Assembly (NCBI GenBank): GCA_035650575.1
Contig: DASRHM010000017.1
Coordinates: forward strand, 1,434 to 65,433
Direction of reading: 5' to 3'
Source: Dehalococcoidia bacterium
GTDB lineage: Bacteria > Chloroflexota > Dehalococcoidia > DSTF01 > JACRBR01
DNA: 64,000 nucleotides
Below the pieces are notes generated by a model, which saw only the letters and a list, made by a program, of their open reading frames with translations, made no database searches and was not told the origin of the DNA. How positions within the stretch are numbered: position 1 is the stretch's first letter; the number at the start of each line of letters is the position of its first letter. The translations under genes were made by a program, and so were the position numbers. This document shows, piece by piece, positions 28,873 through 38,558 of this stretch.

Positions 28873-29697
28873 ATGCGCCTCATCGACACGCACAGCCACA
28901 TCCACGACCCGGAGTTCGATGCGGACCGCGACGACGCGATCGCGCGCGCCCGGGCGGCCGGGGTCGAGGCGATCCTGACGCTGGGCGTCGACCGGGCGAA
29001 CAGCGAGCGGGCGCTCGAGCTCGCGCGGCGGCACGAAGGGGTGTACGCGGCCGTCGGTGTGCACCCGCACGAGGCGAAGTCCGCAAGCGACGGCGACCTC
29101 GACGCGCTGGAGGCGCTGGCCGGCGAGCCGGAGGTGGCGCTCGTCGGCGAGATCGGGCTCGACTTCTACCGCGACCTTTCCCCGCGTGATCAGCAGCGGC
29201 GCGTGCTGCGTAGACAATTGGAGACGGCGGCGCGCACCGGGAAACCGGTGGCGGTCCACGTGCGAGAGGCGCAGGAGGCGATGCTCCCCGAACTCGAGCG
29301 ATGGTCGCGGGAGATGGGCGGGCGCCTGCCGGACGGGCGGCCGCTGGGGGTGATGCACTACTTCGAGGGCGACGCGGCGATCGCCGAACAGTACGTCGCG
29401 CTCGGATTCGTGATCTCGGTGCACACCTCCGTCACGCACCCGAAGAAGCGCGCGGCGCTGGCCGCGGCCGTCCGCGAGACGCCGCTCGACCGCATGGTGC
29501 TCGAGACGGACAGCCCGTACGGTGCGCCGCAGGCGCACCGGGGCAGGCGGAACGAGCCCGCGTACGTGAAGGAAGCCGCGGCGACGGTGGCCGCGATCAA
29601 GGACGTCAGCATCGAGCGCGTGGCGGACGCGACGACCCGCACGGCGGAGCTGCTGCTGGGCATCGGCGCGCGCGCGGCGACGGGAGGCGCGCGATGA
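28873..29697 (+). CDS. tatD: TatD family hydrolase/nuclease
   Basis: IDTHSH, VGVHPH, GEIGLDF, HVREA, ETDSPY, RNEPAYV. Confidence 0.95.
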   Translation: MRLIDTHSHIHDPEFDADRDDAIARARAAGVEAILTLGVDRANSERALELARRHEGVYAAVGVHPHEAKSASDGDLDALEALAGEPEVALVGEIGLDFYRDLSPRDQQRRVLRRQLETAARTGKPVAVHVREAQEAMLPELERWSREMGGRLPDGRPLGVMHYFEGDAAIAEQYVALGFVISVHTSVTHPKKRAALAAAVRETPLDRMVLETDSPYGAPQAHRGRRNEPAYVKEAAATVAAIKDVSIERVADATTRTAELLLGIGARAATGGAR

Positions 29698-30668
29698 CCG
29701 TCGCGGCGTCGATCTACGGCCCGGCGCAGGCAGACCTGCGGCTCGTCGAAGACACGCTCGACCGGATCAAGCACGTCGAGAAATACCCGATGCTCTCGAA
29801 GATGCTGGAGCACGTGCTCGCGGGCGGCGGGAAGCGCATCCGGCCGGCGATCGCGCTGCTGGCGGGCAAGTTCGGCGCCTATGACGCCGAGGTGCACGTG
29901 CCGCTGGCGGCGTCGATCGAGCTGCTGCACGCGGCGACGCTCGTGCACGACGACGTGATCGACGCATCGCCGACGCGGCGCGGGCGGGACACGGCGAACG
30001 CGCTGTTCAACAACTCGGCGGCGGTGATGCTCGGCGACTACATGTTCGCGCACTCGGCGGAACTGATCTCGCGCACGGACAACACGCAGGTCGTGCGGCT
30101 GTTCGCGCGCACGTTGATGCAGATCGCGGGCGGCGAGCTGCACCAGGACATGAGCGCATACGACTACGGGCAGGACACGATGTCCTACTTCGGGCGCATC
30201 GAAGGCAAGACGGCGTCGCTGTTCGCGACCTCGGCGGAGGGGGGCGCAATCGTCGCGCGCTGCGGCCGGGACGAACGCCAGGCGCTGCGTCAGTACGGGC
30301 TGAACGTGGGCATGGCGTTCCAGGTCGTCGACGACATCCTGGACTTCGCCGGCGACGAGGCGGAGATGGGGAAGCCGATCGGCAGCGACCTGATGCAGGG
30401 GACGCTCACGCTGCCCTCGCTGCTCCTGATGGAGCGCCACCCGAAGGACAACCCGATCCGGAAGGCGTTCCGGACGAAGAAGCCGCGCGCGGAGCACGTC
30501 GCGGAAGCCGTGTACATGGTGCGGAACTCGAGCATCCTCGAGGAGTCGTACGACGTGGCGCGGGACTTCCGCGACCGTGCGCTCCGGGCGCTCGAGGCGC
30601 TGCCCCCGGGGGACGCCCGGACGGCGCTCGAGGACATCGCCGATTACGTGCTGGAGCGGCGGGCGTAG
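29694..30668 (+). CDS. Polyprenyl diphosphate synthase
   Basis: GGKRIRP, LVHDDVID..RRG, GKTASLF, FQVVDDILD, GKPIGSDL. Confidence 0.94.
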   Translation: MTVAASIYGPAQADLRLVEDTLDRIKHVEKYPMLSKMLEHVLAGGGKRIRPAIALLAGKFGAYDAEVHVPLAASIELLHAATLVHDDVIDASPTRRGRDTANALFNNSAAVMLGDYMFAHSAELISRTDNTQVVRLFARTLMQIAGGELHQDMSAYDYGQDTMSYFGRIEGKTASLFATSAEGGAIVARCGRDERQALRQYGLNVGMAFQVVDDILDFAGDEAEMGKPIGSDLMQGTLTLPSLLLMERHPKDNPIRKAFRTKKPRAEHVAEAVYMVRNSSILEESYDVARDFRDRALRALEALPPGDARTALEDIADYVLERRA

Positions 30669-30885
30669 CACGCCGCGGGTCGTGACCCGACGCGTTGTCA
30701 ACTTCGCGGTTGCCCATAAGCCCCACCCTCGCAACTATCGAGTTTCCAATACTTGACGGCGCAGCGGATGGGGGCCGCGTCGGGACCCGGGCCGCCCGGG
30801 CTCGAAGGAGGTGACGCCCCGGCCACTACCCGCCCTGAATTGACTTCCCCGACTGATGCTTTCCCCGCCGAAAGGACGCACAAAG

Positions 30886-31500
30886 ATGCGCACGAAGTTT
30901 CTCTCCGCGCTCGCCGTCGCCGGCATCGCCGCGCTCGCCGGGCTGGCGATCGCGCTCTCGAGTTCGGGCGGTGGAACCGCGACCGCGAACGAAGTGACGG
31001 GCACGGCGCCGTCGGGCACGGGCACGGCCGGCGCGACGACGACCGTCGTCCGGACGCAGACGGTCGTCCGCACGCAGACGGCCGTGGTCACGCAGACGCC
31101 GCCGGCGACGACGACGCCGCCCGCGGGCGAGGGCTGCACGCCGGGCTACTGGAAGGTGGCGCCGCACCTCGACTCGTGGCCGCCGACCGGGTTCAGCACC
31201 GGGCAGACGCTGGAGAGCGTGTTCGACGTGCCGGACGCGTACGGCGTGGACAACAGCACGCTGCTGCAGGCGCTGAGCTTCAGCGGCGGGCCGACGACGA
31301 CGGACGCGGCGAAGCTGCTGCTGCACCACGCGGTCGCGGCGCTGCTCAACTCGGCGAGCCCGGGCGTCGACTACCCGCTCACGACGGCGCAGGTGATCGC
31401 GCAGACGAACACGGCGCTGGCGACGAACGACCGCGACACCATGCTGGCGCTGAAGAATGCGTTCGACGGCCTGAACAACGCGGGCTGCCCGCTGAACTAG
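30886..31500 (+). CDS. Secreted protein: signal peptide, Thr-rich linker, GCTPGYWK domain
   Basis: MRTKFLSALAVAGIAALAGLAIA; TVVRTQ repeats; EGCTPGYWK...AVAALLN...NNAGCPLN. Confidence 0.75.
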   Translation: MRTKFLSALAVAGIAALAGLAIALSSSGGGTATANEVTGTAPSGTGTAGATTTVVRTQTVVRTQTAVVTQTPPATTTPPAGEGCTPGYWKVAPHLDSWPPTGFSTGQTLESVFDVPDAYGVDNSTLLQALSFSGGPTTTDAAKLLLHHAVAALLNSASPGVDYPLTTAQVIAQTNTALATNDRDTMLALKNAFDGLNNAGCPLN

Positions 31501-31527
31501 GCGCAGGCATCCCCGGCGCGACGGGAG

Positions 31528-31556
31528 GGACGGGGCGCCGCTCGGGCGCCCCGTCC
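31528..31556 (+). terminator. 12-bp perfect hairpin after the secreted-protein gene
   Basis: GGACGGGGCGCC-GCTCG-GGCGCCCCGTCC; no U tract. Confidence 0.55.
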
Positions 31557-31625
31557 GCGCGCCCGGGCGCTGGTACACTGCGTGCGTCGAACCTGGTGCC
31601 GCTGGAGCGAATCGGGGCCCGCGAG

Positions 31626-31955
31626 ATGCCGATCTACGAGTACGCCTGCCACAACTGCCGCCAATTCGTCGAGATCATCGTCCGGCGCGTGTCGGACGAC
31701 TTCGAGCCGCGCTGCCCGGCGTGCGGCGGGCGGCGCCTGACGCGGATGATCAGCAACTTCCAGTTCCACCTGTCGTTCAAGTCGAAGCTCGATGCGCTGG
31801 ACCCGAAGTACGACAAGATGATCGACGCGTCGAACCCTGACCTCTCGTTCGACTCGCTGGTCAAGAAGTACCAGCTCGACAAGCCCATGAGCACTCCGGA
31901 GGAGCGCCGGAAGTTCAAGGAAGAGGGCAGCCGCGGGCTGATCCCGAACGACTGA
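31626..31955 (+). CDS. FmdB family zinc-ribbon protein
   Basis: MPIYEYACHNC...CPACGG..LTRMIS. Confidence 0.85.
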   Translation: MPIYEYACHNCRQFVEIIVRRVSDDFEPRCPACGGRRLTRMISNFQFHLSFKSKLDALDPKYDKMIDASNPDLSFDSLVKKYQLDKPMSTPEERRKFKEEGSRGLIPND

Positions 31956-31983
31956 CGCGGGCGATCGCGCACGGACGGAGGCG

Positions 31984-32871
31984 ATGACGACGCAGCGAAA
32001 GATCTTCGACATCCACATGCATTTCCCGCGGAACTGGGAGCGCCCGGAGGATGACCCGACGCCGCTCGTCGAGAACCTGTACGAGCGGGCGATGGCCGCG
32101 GGGCTGACGAAGGCGAACTTCCTCTGCGGCGGGCGGTTCGGGCTGACGCACGAGGAGTCGATCAAGCACGCGCTGCGCCACGAAGACCTCTGGATCCCGA
32201 CGGCGATGGTGGACCCGGAGACGACGACGCCGGAGCGCGTAAGCGAGCTGCGGGACATGGGCTACCGCGGGCTGAAGATGATCGGCGTGAAGCGCGCCTA
32301 TGACTGCCCGGATTACTTCCCCATGTACGAGCGCGCGCAGGAGCTCGACATGCCGATCCTGCTGCACATGGGGGTGATCGGCGGCGGCATCGACTATTCG
32401 ATCACGCATCCGCGGCGCGACCCGGAGGCGGCGAAGGCGCTCGGGCGATGGACGGCGATGATGCAGCCGCGCGATGTATCCGCGACGCGGATGCGGCCGT
32501 TCCACCTGGACACGATCGCGAACAACTTTCCGCGCCTGAAGCTGATCGGCGCGCACCTCGGCGGCACGGGCAACTACGACGAGGCGGCGTCCGTCGCGCG
32601 CTGGCGGCACAACGTCTACTTCGACTTCAGCGGCGGCACGACGATCGAGCGACACGCCGTCGAGCGGCGGCTGATCGGGCACGAGATCGGGTTCGAGAAG
32701 TTGATCTTCGGGTCGGACTGCGCGCCGGAGAAGATCGCGGACCACGTGCGGCGCTGGGACACGATCTTCGACCTGCTCGACGTGCCGGACGACTGCCGCG
32801 AGCGCATGTGGTGGCTGAACGGCGCGGAGCTGTACGGGCTCGAGCCGGTGTCGTGGCTGGCTTCGAAGTAG
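31984..32871 (+). CDS. Amidohydrolase family protein (Amidohydro_2)
   Basis: FDIHMH, GYRGLKM, PILLHMG, LIGAHLGG, VYFDFSG, LIFGSD. Confidence 0.87.
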   Translation: MTTQRKIFDIHMHFPRNWERPEDDPTPLVENLYERAMAAGLTKANFLCGGRFGLTHEESIKHALRHEDLWIPTAMVDPETTTPERVSELRDMGYRGLKMIGVKRAYDCPDYFPMYERAQELDMPILLHMGVIGGGIDYSITHPRRDPEAAKALGRWTAMMQPRDVSATRMRPFHLDTIANNFPRLKLIGAHLGGTGNYDEAASVARWRHNVYFDFSGGTTIERHAVERRLIGHEIGFEKLIFGSDCAPEKIADHVRRWDTIFDLLDVPDDCRERMWWLNGAELYGLEPVSWLASK

Positions 32872-32997
32872 CTTCGGCGGGCGCCGCGCCGGCGCCGGGT
32901 GCGATTGACACGTTTCGCCGGGCGCGGCTAAGATCGGCGCGACCTGACGGGACCCGTTGACGCCCCGGATCCGGGGCGTCGGCATGTTCCGGACGGC

Positions 32998-33837
32998 ATG
33001 ATGGCCATGGCAACATCTCCCACGCTCGAGCGTGCGATCCCACCGCTGCAAGAGCATCCGCCCGCCGGCGCGCGCGGGGTGCCGAAGTTCGGGCGCATCC
33101 CGCTCCTTTCGCTGATCTTCGCCGCCGGCCTGGCATTGTTCATCTCGATCGACCCCGTGCAACCGTGGATCCTGCTCGCGCTGACGGCGCTCGTGGGGCT
33201 GGGGGCGGACGGGATCATCCGCTCGCACCCGCGCGGCGATTTCCGCACGGTCGCCGACACGGCGCCGTACCTGTTCCTGCCGGTGCTGTTCGCGATGTCC
33301 GCCGGGCTGTTCCTGGAGGACGTGGTGCTGAGCTACTGGGCGGCGCCGGCGGTCGCCGGCGCGGGCGTGCTGATGGGCTGCGCGCTGTACGGCGAGTACC
33401 ACTCCATCGAGCCGCACGCGGAGCAGTCGGCGGTCGCGCATTTCCTGCTGAACGTGATCACGTACCTCGCGGCGTTCGGCTTCTACGCCGTCGTCTACGG
33501 GTTCGATGTGGACCTGTTGCCGGCGGCGTGCGCCGTGGGGCTCGTCAGCATGCTGCTCTCGGTCGAGGTGTTCCGCGAGGCCGAGGCCGACCCGATCCGG
33601 GCGCTCGTCTTCGCGGCGTCGATCGGGGTCGTGGTCGCCGAGGCGCGATGGGTGCTGTACTTCATCCCGCTCGACGGCTACCTGGCGGCGATCTTCATCC
33701 TGCTCGTGTTCTACCTGGCGACGGGCGTGATCTCGCACTACCTGACCGACCACCTCGACCGCACCGTGCTCGCGGAGTTCGCGATGGTGACGGCGGCGGG
33801 GCTGGCGATCGTCATCGGCGGGCGCGTGCTGGGCTAG
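32998..33837 (+). CDS. Multi-pass membrane protein of unknown function
   Basis: About 8 hydrophobic segments; high GC3 codon use. Confidence 0.7.
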   Translation: MMAMATSPTLERAIPPLQEHPPAGARGVPKFGRIPLLSLIFAAGLALFISIDPVQPWILLALTALVGLGADGIIRSHPRGDFRTVADTAPYLFLPVLFAMSAGLFLEDVVLSYWAAPAVAGAGVLMGCALYGEYHSIEPHAEQSAVAHFLLNVITYLAAFGFYAVVYGFDVDLLPAACAVGLVSMLLSVEVFREAEADPIRALVFAASIGVVVAEARWVLYFIPLDGYLAAIFILLVFYLATGVISHYLTDHLDRTVLAEFAMVTAAGLAIVIGGRVLG

Positions 33838-33857
33838 CGCGTCCTCGCGAGGACGCG
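33838..33857. terminator. Perfect palindrome between convergent genes
   Basis: CGCGTCCT-CGCG-AGGACGCG. Confidence 0.5.
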
Positions 33858-33904
33858 ATGGACGCGCCGCCGCGGCAGCGCGCCCGCCGCACCTCCGGCG
33901 GCGA

Positions 33905-34141
33905 CTAGCAGGTGCTGCTGCTCGGCGCGCTCTTCAGGCAGTTGGTGCCGCTGCCGAAGGCGCCAACGATGCTGTTGCGGAACAGGACGCCGGCGGTGAC
34001 GACCACCGCGACCGCGACCACGGCGAGGATCAGCCCGTACTCGGCGAGGGTCTGGCCGTCCTGATCGCGGAAGCGGGCCTCGGCCGCGCGGGCGACCGCC
34101 TGCGCGGCGACGAGGACGCGGAGCGCGAGTTCGTTGAGCAT
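33905..34141 (-). CDS. Flp family type IVb pilin
   Basis: Leader ...RFRDQDG/QTLAEYGLILAVVAVAVV (G-cleavage site, E5-Y6); two C-terminal Cys. Confidence 0.88.
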   Translation of the reverse strand: MLNELALRVLVAAQAVARAAEARFRDQDGQTLAEYGLILAVVAVAVVVTAGVLFRNSIVGAFGSGTNCLKSAPSSSTC

Positions 34142-34314
34142 GTTCGTCCCCCTGTCGATTCGACCGTCCCGCCCGAATGTGCCGCTCATGGAGCTATGAG
34201 CGCCGGGCCTGCGGGCGGTTGTCAGACACAATAACGGGCGGCGGGCCGATCCGTTCGCGGCAACTTGACGTCGCCGCGCCGGGGGCTGACGGCGTCGCCG
34301 CCCTCGCGAGGTTA

Positions 34315-34344
34315 TTGCATTCCAAATGCAAGAAGTGCTATCGT
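34315..34344 (+). promoter_or_regulatory. TetR promoter with overlapping palindromic operator; leaderless start
   Basis: TTGCAT-TCCAA-ATGCAA (34315-34331) covers the -35; TGcTATCGT (34336-34344) lies 6 nt before the ATG at 34351. Confidence 0.7.
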
Positions 34345-34350
34345 CGCGGC

Positions 34351-34953
34351 ATGGTGGCGCAACCGGAAGCGATCGACGGCCGCGCCGCGCGCGCGGAGCG
34401 CACGCGCGACGCCGTCGTAGATGCGGTGCTCGAGCTGATCGGCGAAGGCAAGATCCGCCCGGGCGCGCCGGCGATCGCCGAGCGGGCCGGCGTCTCGCTG
34501 CGCACGGTGTTCCACCACTACGCGGACCTGGAGGCGCTGTTCTCGGCGGCGGCCGAGCGGCACTTCGCGCGCGTGCTGGGGACGGCGCCGCGCATCGACC
34601 GCAGCCTGCCGCTCGAGGCGCGGATCGATGCGTTCGCGTCGGCGCGAGGGGCGCTGCTCGAGACGATCACGCCGGTGCGGCGGGCGGCGGTGCTGCTCGA
34701 GCCGTTCTCGCCGGAGATCGCGCGGCGCCTGGCATGGATGCGGGCGCGCGGGCGCCGCGAGACCGAGCGCGTCTTCGCGGCGGAGATCGGGCGGCGGCGC
34801 GGGGCCGCGCGCGGGACGCTGCGGGAGGCGCTGACCGCGGCGACGAGCTGGCCGGCATGGGAGATGCTGCGGGCGCACCAGGGGCTCTCGCCCGGAGGGG
34901 CACGGAACGTGATGGCGCACATGCTGCGCGCGCTGCTGAAGGAGGACGACTGA
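34351..34953 (+). CDS. TetR/AcrR family transcriptional regulator
   Basis: R.ERTRDAVVDAVLELI...IAERAGVSLRTVFHHY..LEAL. Confidence 0.92.
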   Translation: MVAQPEAIDGRAARAERTRDAVVDAVLELIGEGKIRPGAPAIAERAGVSLRTVFHHYADLEALFSAAAERHFARVLGTAPRIDRSLPLEARIDAFASARGALLETITPVRRAAVLLEPFSPEIARRLAWMRARGRRETERVFAAEIGRRRGAARGTLREALTAATSWPAWEMLRAHQGLSPGGARNVMAHMLRALLKEDD

Positions 34954-35858
34954 TGGAGTATGCCCGGACGCCGGACGAGCGGTTCGCGGACCTGCCCGGC
35001 TACCCGTTCGCGCCGCACTATGCGGACGTGGGCGGGCTGCGCATGCACTACATCGACGAGGGGCCGCGCGACGGCGAAGTAGTGCTGATGCTGCACGGGG
35101 AGCCGTCGTGGTCGTACCTGTACCGGAAGATGATCCCGCCGATCGTGGCGGCGGGGCTGCGCGCCATCGCGCCGGACCTGATCGGCTTCGGTCGCAGCGA
35201 CAAGCCGCTGGCGCTGGAGGATTACACCTACGCGCGGCACGTCGCCTGGGTGACGTCGCTCGTCGAGCAGCTCGACCTGCGCGGCGCGACGCTCGTCGGG
35301 CAGGACTGGGGCGGGCTGATCGGCCTGCGCGTCGTCGCCGAGAACCCGGACCGCTTCGCGCGCATCGTCGCGGCGAACACCTTCCTGCCGACCGGCGACA
35401 ACCCGCCGGGCGAGGCGTTCTTGCGCTGGCAGACGTTTTCGCAGACGGTGCCCGAGCTGCCGATCGGGCGGATCATCGCCAACGGCTGTCGCACGCCCTT
35501 GCCCCCGGAGGTCGTCGCCGCATACGAGGCGCCGTTCCCGGAGGAGCGCTACAAGGCGGGCGCGCGCATCTTCCCGAAGCTCGTGCCGACCGCGCCCGAC
35601 GACCCGGCATCGGAAGACAACCGTCGGGCGTGGGAGGTGCTGAAGCGCTGGGAGAAGCCGGTGTTGTGCGCGTTCAGCGATGAAGACCCGATCACGCGCA
35701 ACGCGGACCGCGTGCTGCAGGCGCTGATCCCCGGCACGAAGGGGCAGCCGCACACGACGATCACGGGCGGCGGCCACTTCCTGCAGGAGGACCGCGGCGC
35801 GGAGCTCGCCGACGCGATCGTGCGATTCGTGCAGGCGACGCCGGCGGTGCGAGCATGA
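34953..35858 (+). CDS. Haloalkane dehalogenase (HLD-I-like alpha/beta hydrolase)
   Basis: LHGEPSWSYLYRKMI, PDLIGFGRSDKP, GQDWGG (nucleophile Asp + Trp), FLRWQ (second Trp), GHFLQED. Confidence 0.9.
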   Translation: MEYARTPDERFADLPGYPFAPHYADVGGLRMHYIDEGPRDGEVVLMLHGEPSWSYLYRKMIPPIVAAGLRAIAPDLIGFGRSDKPLALEDYTYARHVAWVTSLVEQLDLRGATLVGQDWGGLIGLRVVAENPDRFARIVAANTFLPTGDNPPGEAFLRWQTFSQTVPELPIGRIIANGCRTPLPPEVVAAYEAPFPEERYKAGARIFPKLVPTAPDDPASEDNRRAWEVLKRWEKPVLCAFSDEDPITRNADRVLQALIPGTKGQPHTTITGGGHFLQEDRGAELADAIVRFVQATPAVRA

Positions 35859-36235
35859 GCGCGATCCGCCCGCAGCCGGAGCAGTTCAAGGCGCTCGCCG
35901 AGGCGGCGCAGCGGGACCAGTCGCCGGTCGTGATGCTCAACCTGCTCAAGTTCCGCTCCGGCGACGGCGCGGGGGAGTACGGGAAGTACGGCGCCGCCGC
36001 GCGCGCGATGGTGGAGGCGACGGGCGGCCGCGTCCTGTACCTGGGACGCTGCGACCAGGTGCTGATCGGCGAGGTCGACGCGAACGACTGGGACGCGATC
36101 GCGGTCGTCGAGTATCCGAGCCGCGCGGCATTCCTCGCGATGATCGGGCGGCCGGACTACCAGCAGGCGCACGAGCACCGGGAGGCGGGGCTCGAACGCA
36201 CGGTGCTGATCGCAACCACGCCGGCGCAGCAGTAG
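35855..36235 (+). CDS. DUF1330 family protein
   Basis: PVVMLNLLKFR, WDAIAVVEYPSRAAF, HREAGLE. Confidence 0.85.
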   Translation: MSAIRPQPEQFKALAEAAQRDQSPVVMLNLLKFRSGDGAGEYGKYGAAARAMVEATGGRVLYLGRCDQVLIGEVDANDWDAIAVVEYPSRAAFLAMIGRPDYQQAHEHREAGLERTVLIATTPAQQ

Positions 36236-36255
36236 CCACTCCGAAGGAGGTCCAG

Positions 36256-37143
36256 ATGCCCGAGATGGAGATCGTCGTCCTCGGCACCGGCAGCCCGTTG
36301 CCATCGGCGAACCGCTGCGGTGCGGGCAACGTCGTACTCGCAGGCGACAGCGCCGTGCTGATCGACTGCGGCTGGGGCGCGGCGCGGCGGCTCATCGCGT
36401 CCGGCGTGCCGCTGGCGGCGATCGAGTCGGTCTTCTTCACGCACATGCATTCGGACCACATCACCGACCTGCCGGACTTCCTGATGATGCGCTGGACGCT
36501 CGGCGGTGCGACGACGCCGCTCACGGTGTACGGTCCGGAGGGGACGCGCGAGGCGGTGACGTCGTTCCGGGCGGCGCTCAACCCGGACGTGCGCTACCGG
36601 GTGGCGCATCACGGCGAGAAACTCGCGCTCGAGGGCATCGACGTCGTCGTGCACGAGATCCCGGCGACGCCGGAGGTCGCGCACGTCGCGACGGTCGGCG
36701 CGATCAGCGTCGGGTCGTTCGAGGTCGACCACCGGCCGGTGGTGCCGGCGCTGGGGTTCCGCGTGGAGGCGGGCGGCCGGAGCGCCGTGATCTCCGGCGA
36801 CACGCGGCGCTGCGACAGCCTCGTGCGGGCGGCGACGGGCGCGGACCTGCTGCTCAGCGAAGCGCTGCACACAGGGATGATGGAAGACCGCATCGCGATG
36901 GCGCGCGCGAACGGCAACGAGCGCATCGCGGGCATCCTCATCGACGCCTGCGACTACCACGCGAGCACGCAGGACGTCGCCGGCATGGCGCGCGACGCCG
37001 GGGTACGGCGGCTGGTCCTCACCCACCTGATCCCGCCGATCCCGGACGAGGGCCCGGCGGTGGAGCAGTTTCGCGCGGGCATGAGCGAGATCTACGGCGG
37101 GCCGATCGAGATCGCCCGCGACCTTCAGCGCATCGCCGTCTAG
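36256..37143 (+). CDS. MBL-fold metallohydrolase (RNase Z/arylsulfatase-like)
   Basis: LGTGSP, DCG.G, THMHSDH, VDHRP, ISGDT, DYH, LTHL. Confidence 0.88.
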   Translation: MPEMEIVVLGTGSPLPSANRCGAGNVVLAGDSAVLIDCGWGAARRLIASGVPLAAIESVFFTHMHSDHITDLPDFLMMRWTLGGATTPLTVYGPEGTREAVTSFRAALNPDVRYRVAHHGEKLALEGIDVVVHEIPATPEVAHVATVGAISVGSFEVDHRPVVPALGFRVEAGGRSAVISGDTRRCDSLVRAATGADLLLSEALHTGMMEDRIAMARANGNERIAGILIDACDYHASTQDVAGMARDAGVRRLVLTHLIPPIPDEGPAVEQFRAGMSEIYGGPIEIARDLQRIAV

Positions 37144-37248
37144 CGCGCGGACGCCGCTCGATCGCAACGCGCGCGTTATCTTCGCCTGCCGGAGCGATGC
37201 GGCCCTGCGGCGCCCGCGCGCCTAGGCTGATCGCGGAGGTGATGTGCC

Positions 37249-37608
37249 ATGCCCGCACGCAAGGAGATGCCTTCGACCATCGAGCGGTCGGAGAAGCACG
37301 CCCAGCACATCTGGAGCAAGGCGCACGACAGCGCGGTGAAGACGTACGGCGAAGGGGGCCGCGCGCACCGCGTGGCGTTCGCGGCGCTCAAGCACGAGTA
37401 CCAGAAGCAGGGCGACCACTGGACGAAGAAGGCGCACAGGGGGCCGTCCGACCCGCAGGCGGCGCGCGGCCCGACGACGCGTCACAAGTCCACGGACGAG
37501 CCTCGCGCCCCAACGGCGCGCGGCAAGGTAGCGAAGACGGCTTCGGCGGCGCGTACGAAGGCGAAGGAAGCACGCCGCGAGTACGACCGCTCGCGCCGGC
37601 GGCGCTGA
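37249..37608 (+). CDS. ChaB family protein
   Basis: EMPSTIERS..HAQHIW.KAHDSA...YGEG.RAHRVAFAALKHEY.K.GDHW. Confidence 0.88.
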   Translation: MPARKEMPSTIERSEKHAQHIWSKAHDSAVKTYGEGGRAHRVAFAALKHEYQKQGDHWTKKAHRGPSDPQAARGPTTRHKSTDEPRAPTARGKVAKTASAARTKAKEARREYDRSRRRR

Positions 37609-37685
37609 ACCACGACCTCGACCGACCGCGCGCGATCTCCTACGCTCATCGCAGCCGCGCGACGCGCGACCTGCAGGAGCGAGCG

Positions 37686-38396
37686 ATGGCGGGACGCTGG
37701 GAGACGGTGACGGTGCCGGACGCGCCGGACATGCGGTGCTATGTCGCGCTGCCTTCCGACGCGACGCCGCGGCCGGCCGTGGCCGTCGCGCAGCACGCGG
37801 GCGGCGTCGACGACTTCATCCGCACGATGACGGAGCGGTTCGCGGAGGCGGGCTTCGTCGCGATCGCGCCGGACCTGTACCATCGCGAGGACGTGAACAG
37901 CGGCGACGACGCGATGCGGCGGATGTCGCGGCTGCGCGACGCGAACATCGTCGCGGACATGGACGCGGCGATCGGGTACGTGCGGACGCTGCCCGAGGTG
38001 CGCGCGCAGAGCATCGGCGTCACGGGATTCTGCATGGGCGGCCGCGTGGCGTACCTGATGGCGACGCGCATGCCCGACCTGCGCGCCGCAGTGGTGTTCT
38101 ACGGCGGCAACATCATGGTGCCGTGGGGCGAGGGGCCGGCGCCGTTCGAGGGGACGGCGCAGATCGCGTGCCCGGTGCTCGGCCTGTTCGGCGCCGACGA
38201 CCCCAATCCGAGCCAGGCCGACGTGTCGAAGCTCGATGCGGAGCTGTCGCGCCACGGCAAGGTGCACGAGTTCCACAGCTACCCCGGCGCCGGGCATGCC
38301 TTCATGAACGAAGGCCGGCCGAGCTTCCGCGAGGAGGCGGCGCGCGACGCCTGGGGGAGGTGCATCGCCTGGTTCGAACGCCATCTCGCGCCGTAG
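37686..38396 (+). CDS. Dienelactone hydrolase family protein
   Basis: IAPDLY, GFCMGG, FYG, GADD, YPGAGHAF, AARDAW. Confidence 0.92.
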   Translation: MAGRWETVTVPDAPDMRCYVALPSDATPRPAVAVAQHAGGVDDFIRTMTERFAEAGFVAIAPDLYHREDVNSGDDAMRRMSRLRDANIVADMDAAIGYVRTLPEVRAQSIGVTGFCMGGRVAYLMATRMPDLRAAVVFYGGNIMVPWGEGPAPFEGTAQIACPVLGLFGADDPNPSQADVSKLDAELSRHGKVHEFHSYPGAGHAFMNEGRPSFREEAARDAWGRCIAWFERHLAP

Positions 38397-38558
38397 CAGC
38401 CACGGGTGACCGCGCGTGTGTACGCATCGCACAGCCGACGCGGCGCGCGCCTGGAGGCTGATGGTGTCCCCGGGAGGACCATCCCCGGCCCCTGGCCCAA
38501 GCTTGCTTCGCCGGCCGCACGCGCGCGTTCGGCGGCCGGCACAGCGCTCGGGCGCCGC

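Noticed and set aside
30720-30885. c-di-GMP or c-di-AMP riboswitch upstream of the secreted-protein gene (gccgaaaggacgca)
   Set aside because: Lacks the GGCAAA/P1 core of GEMM-I and the ydaO consensus.
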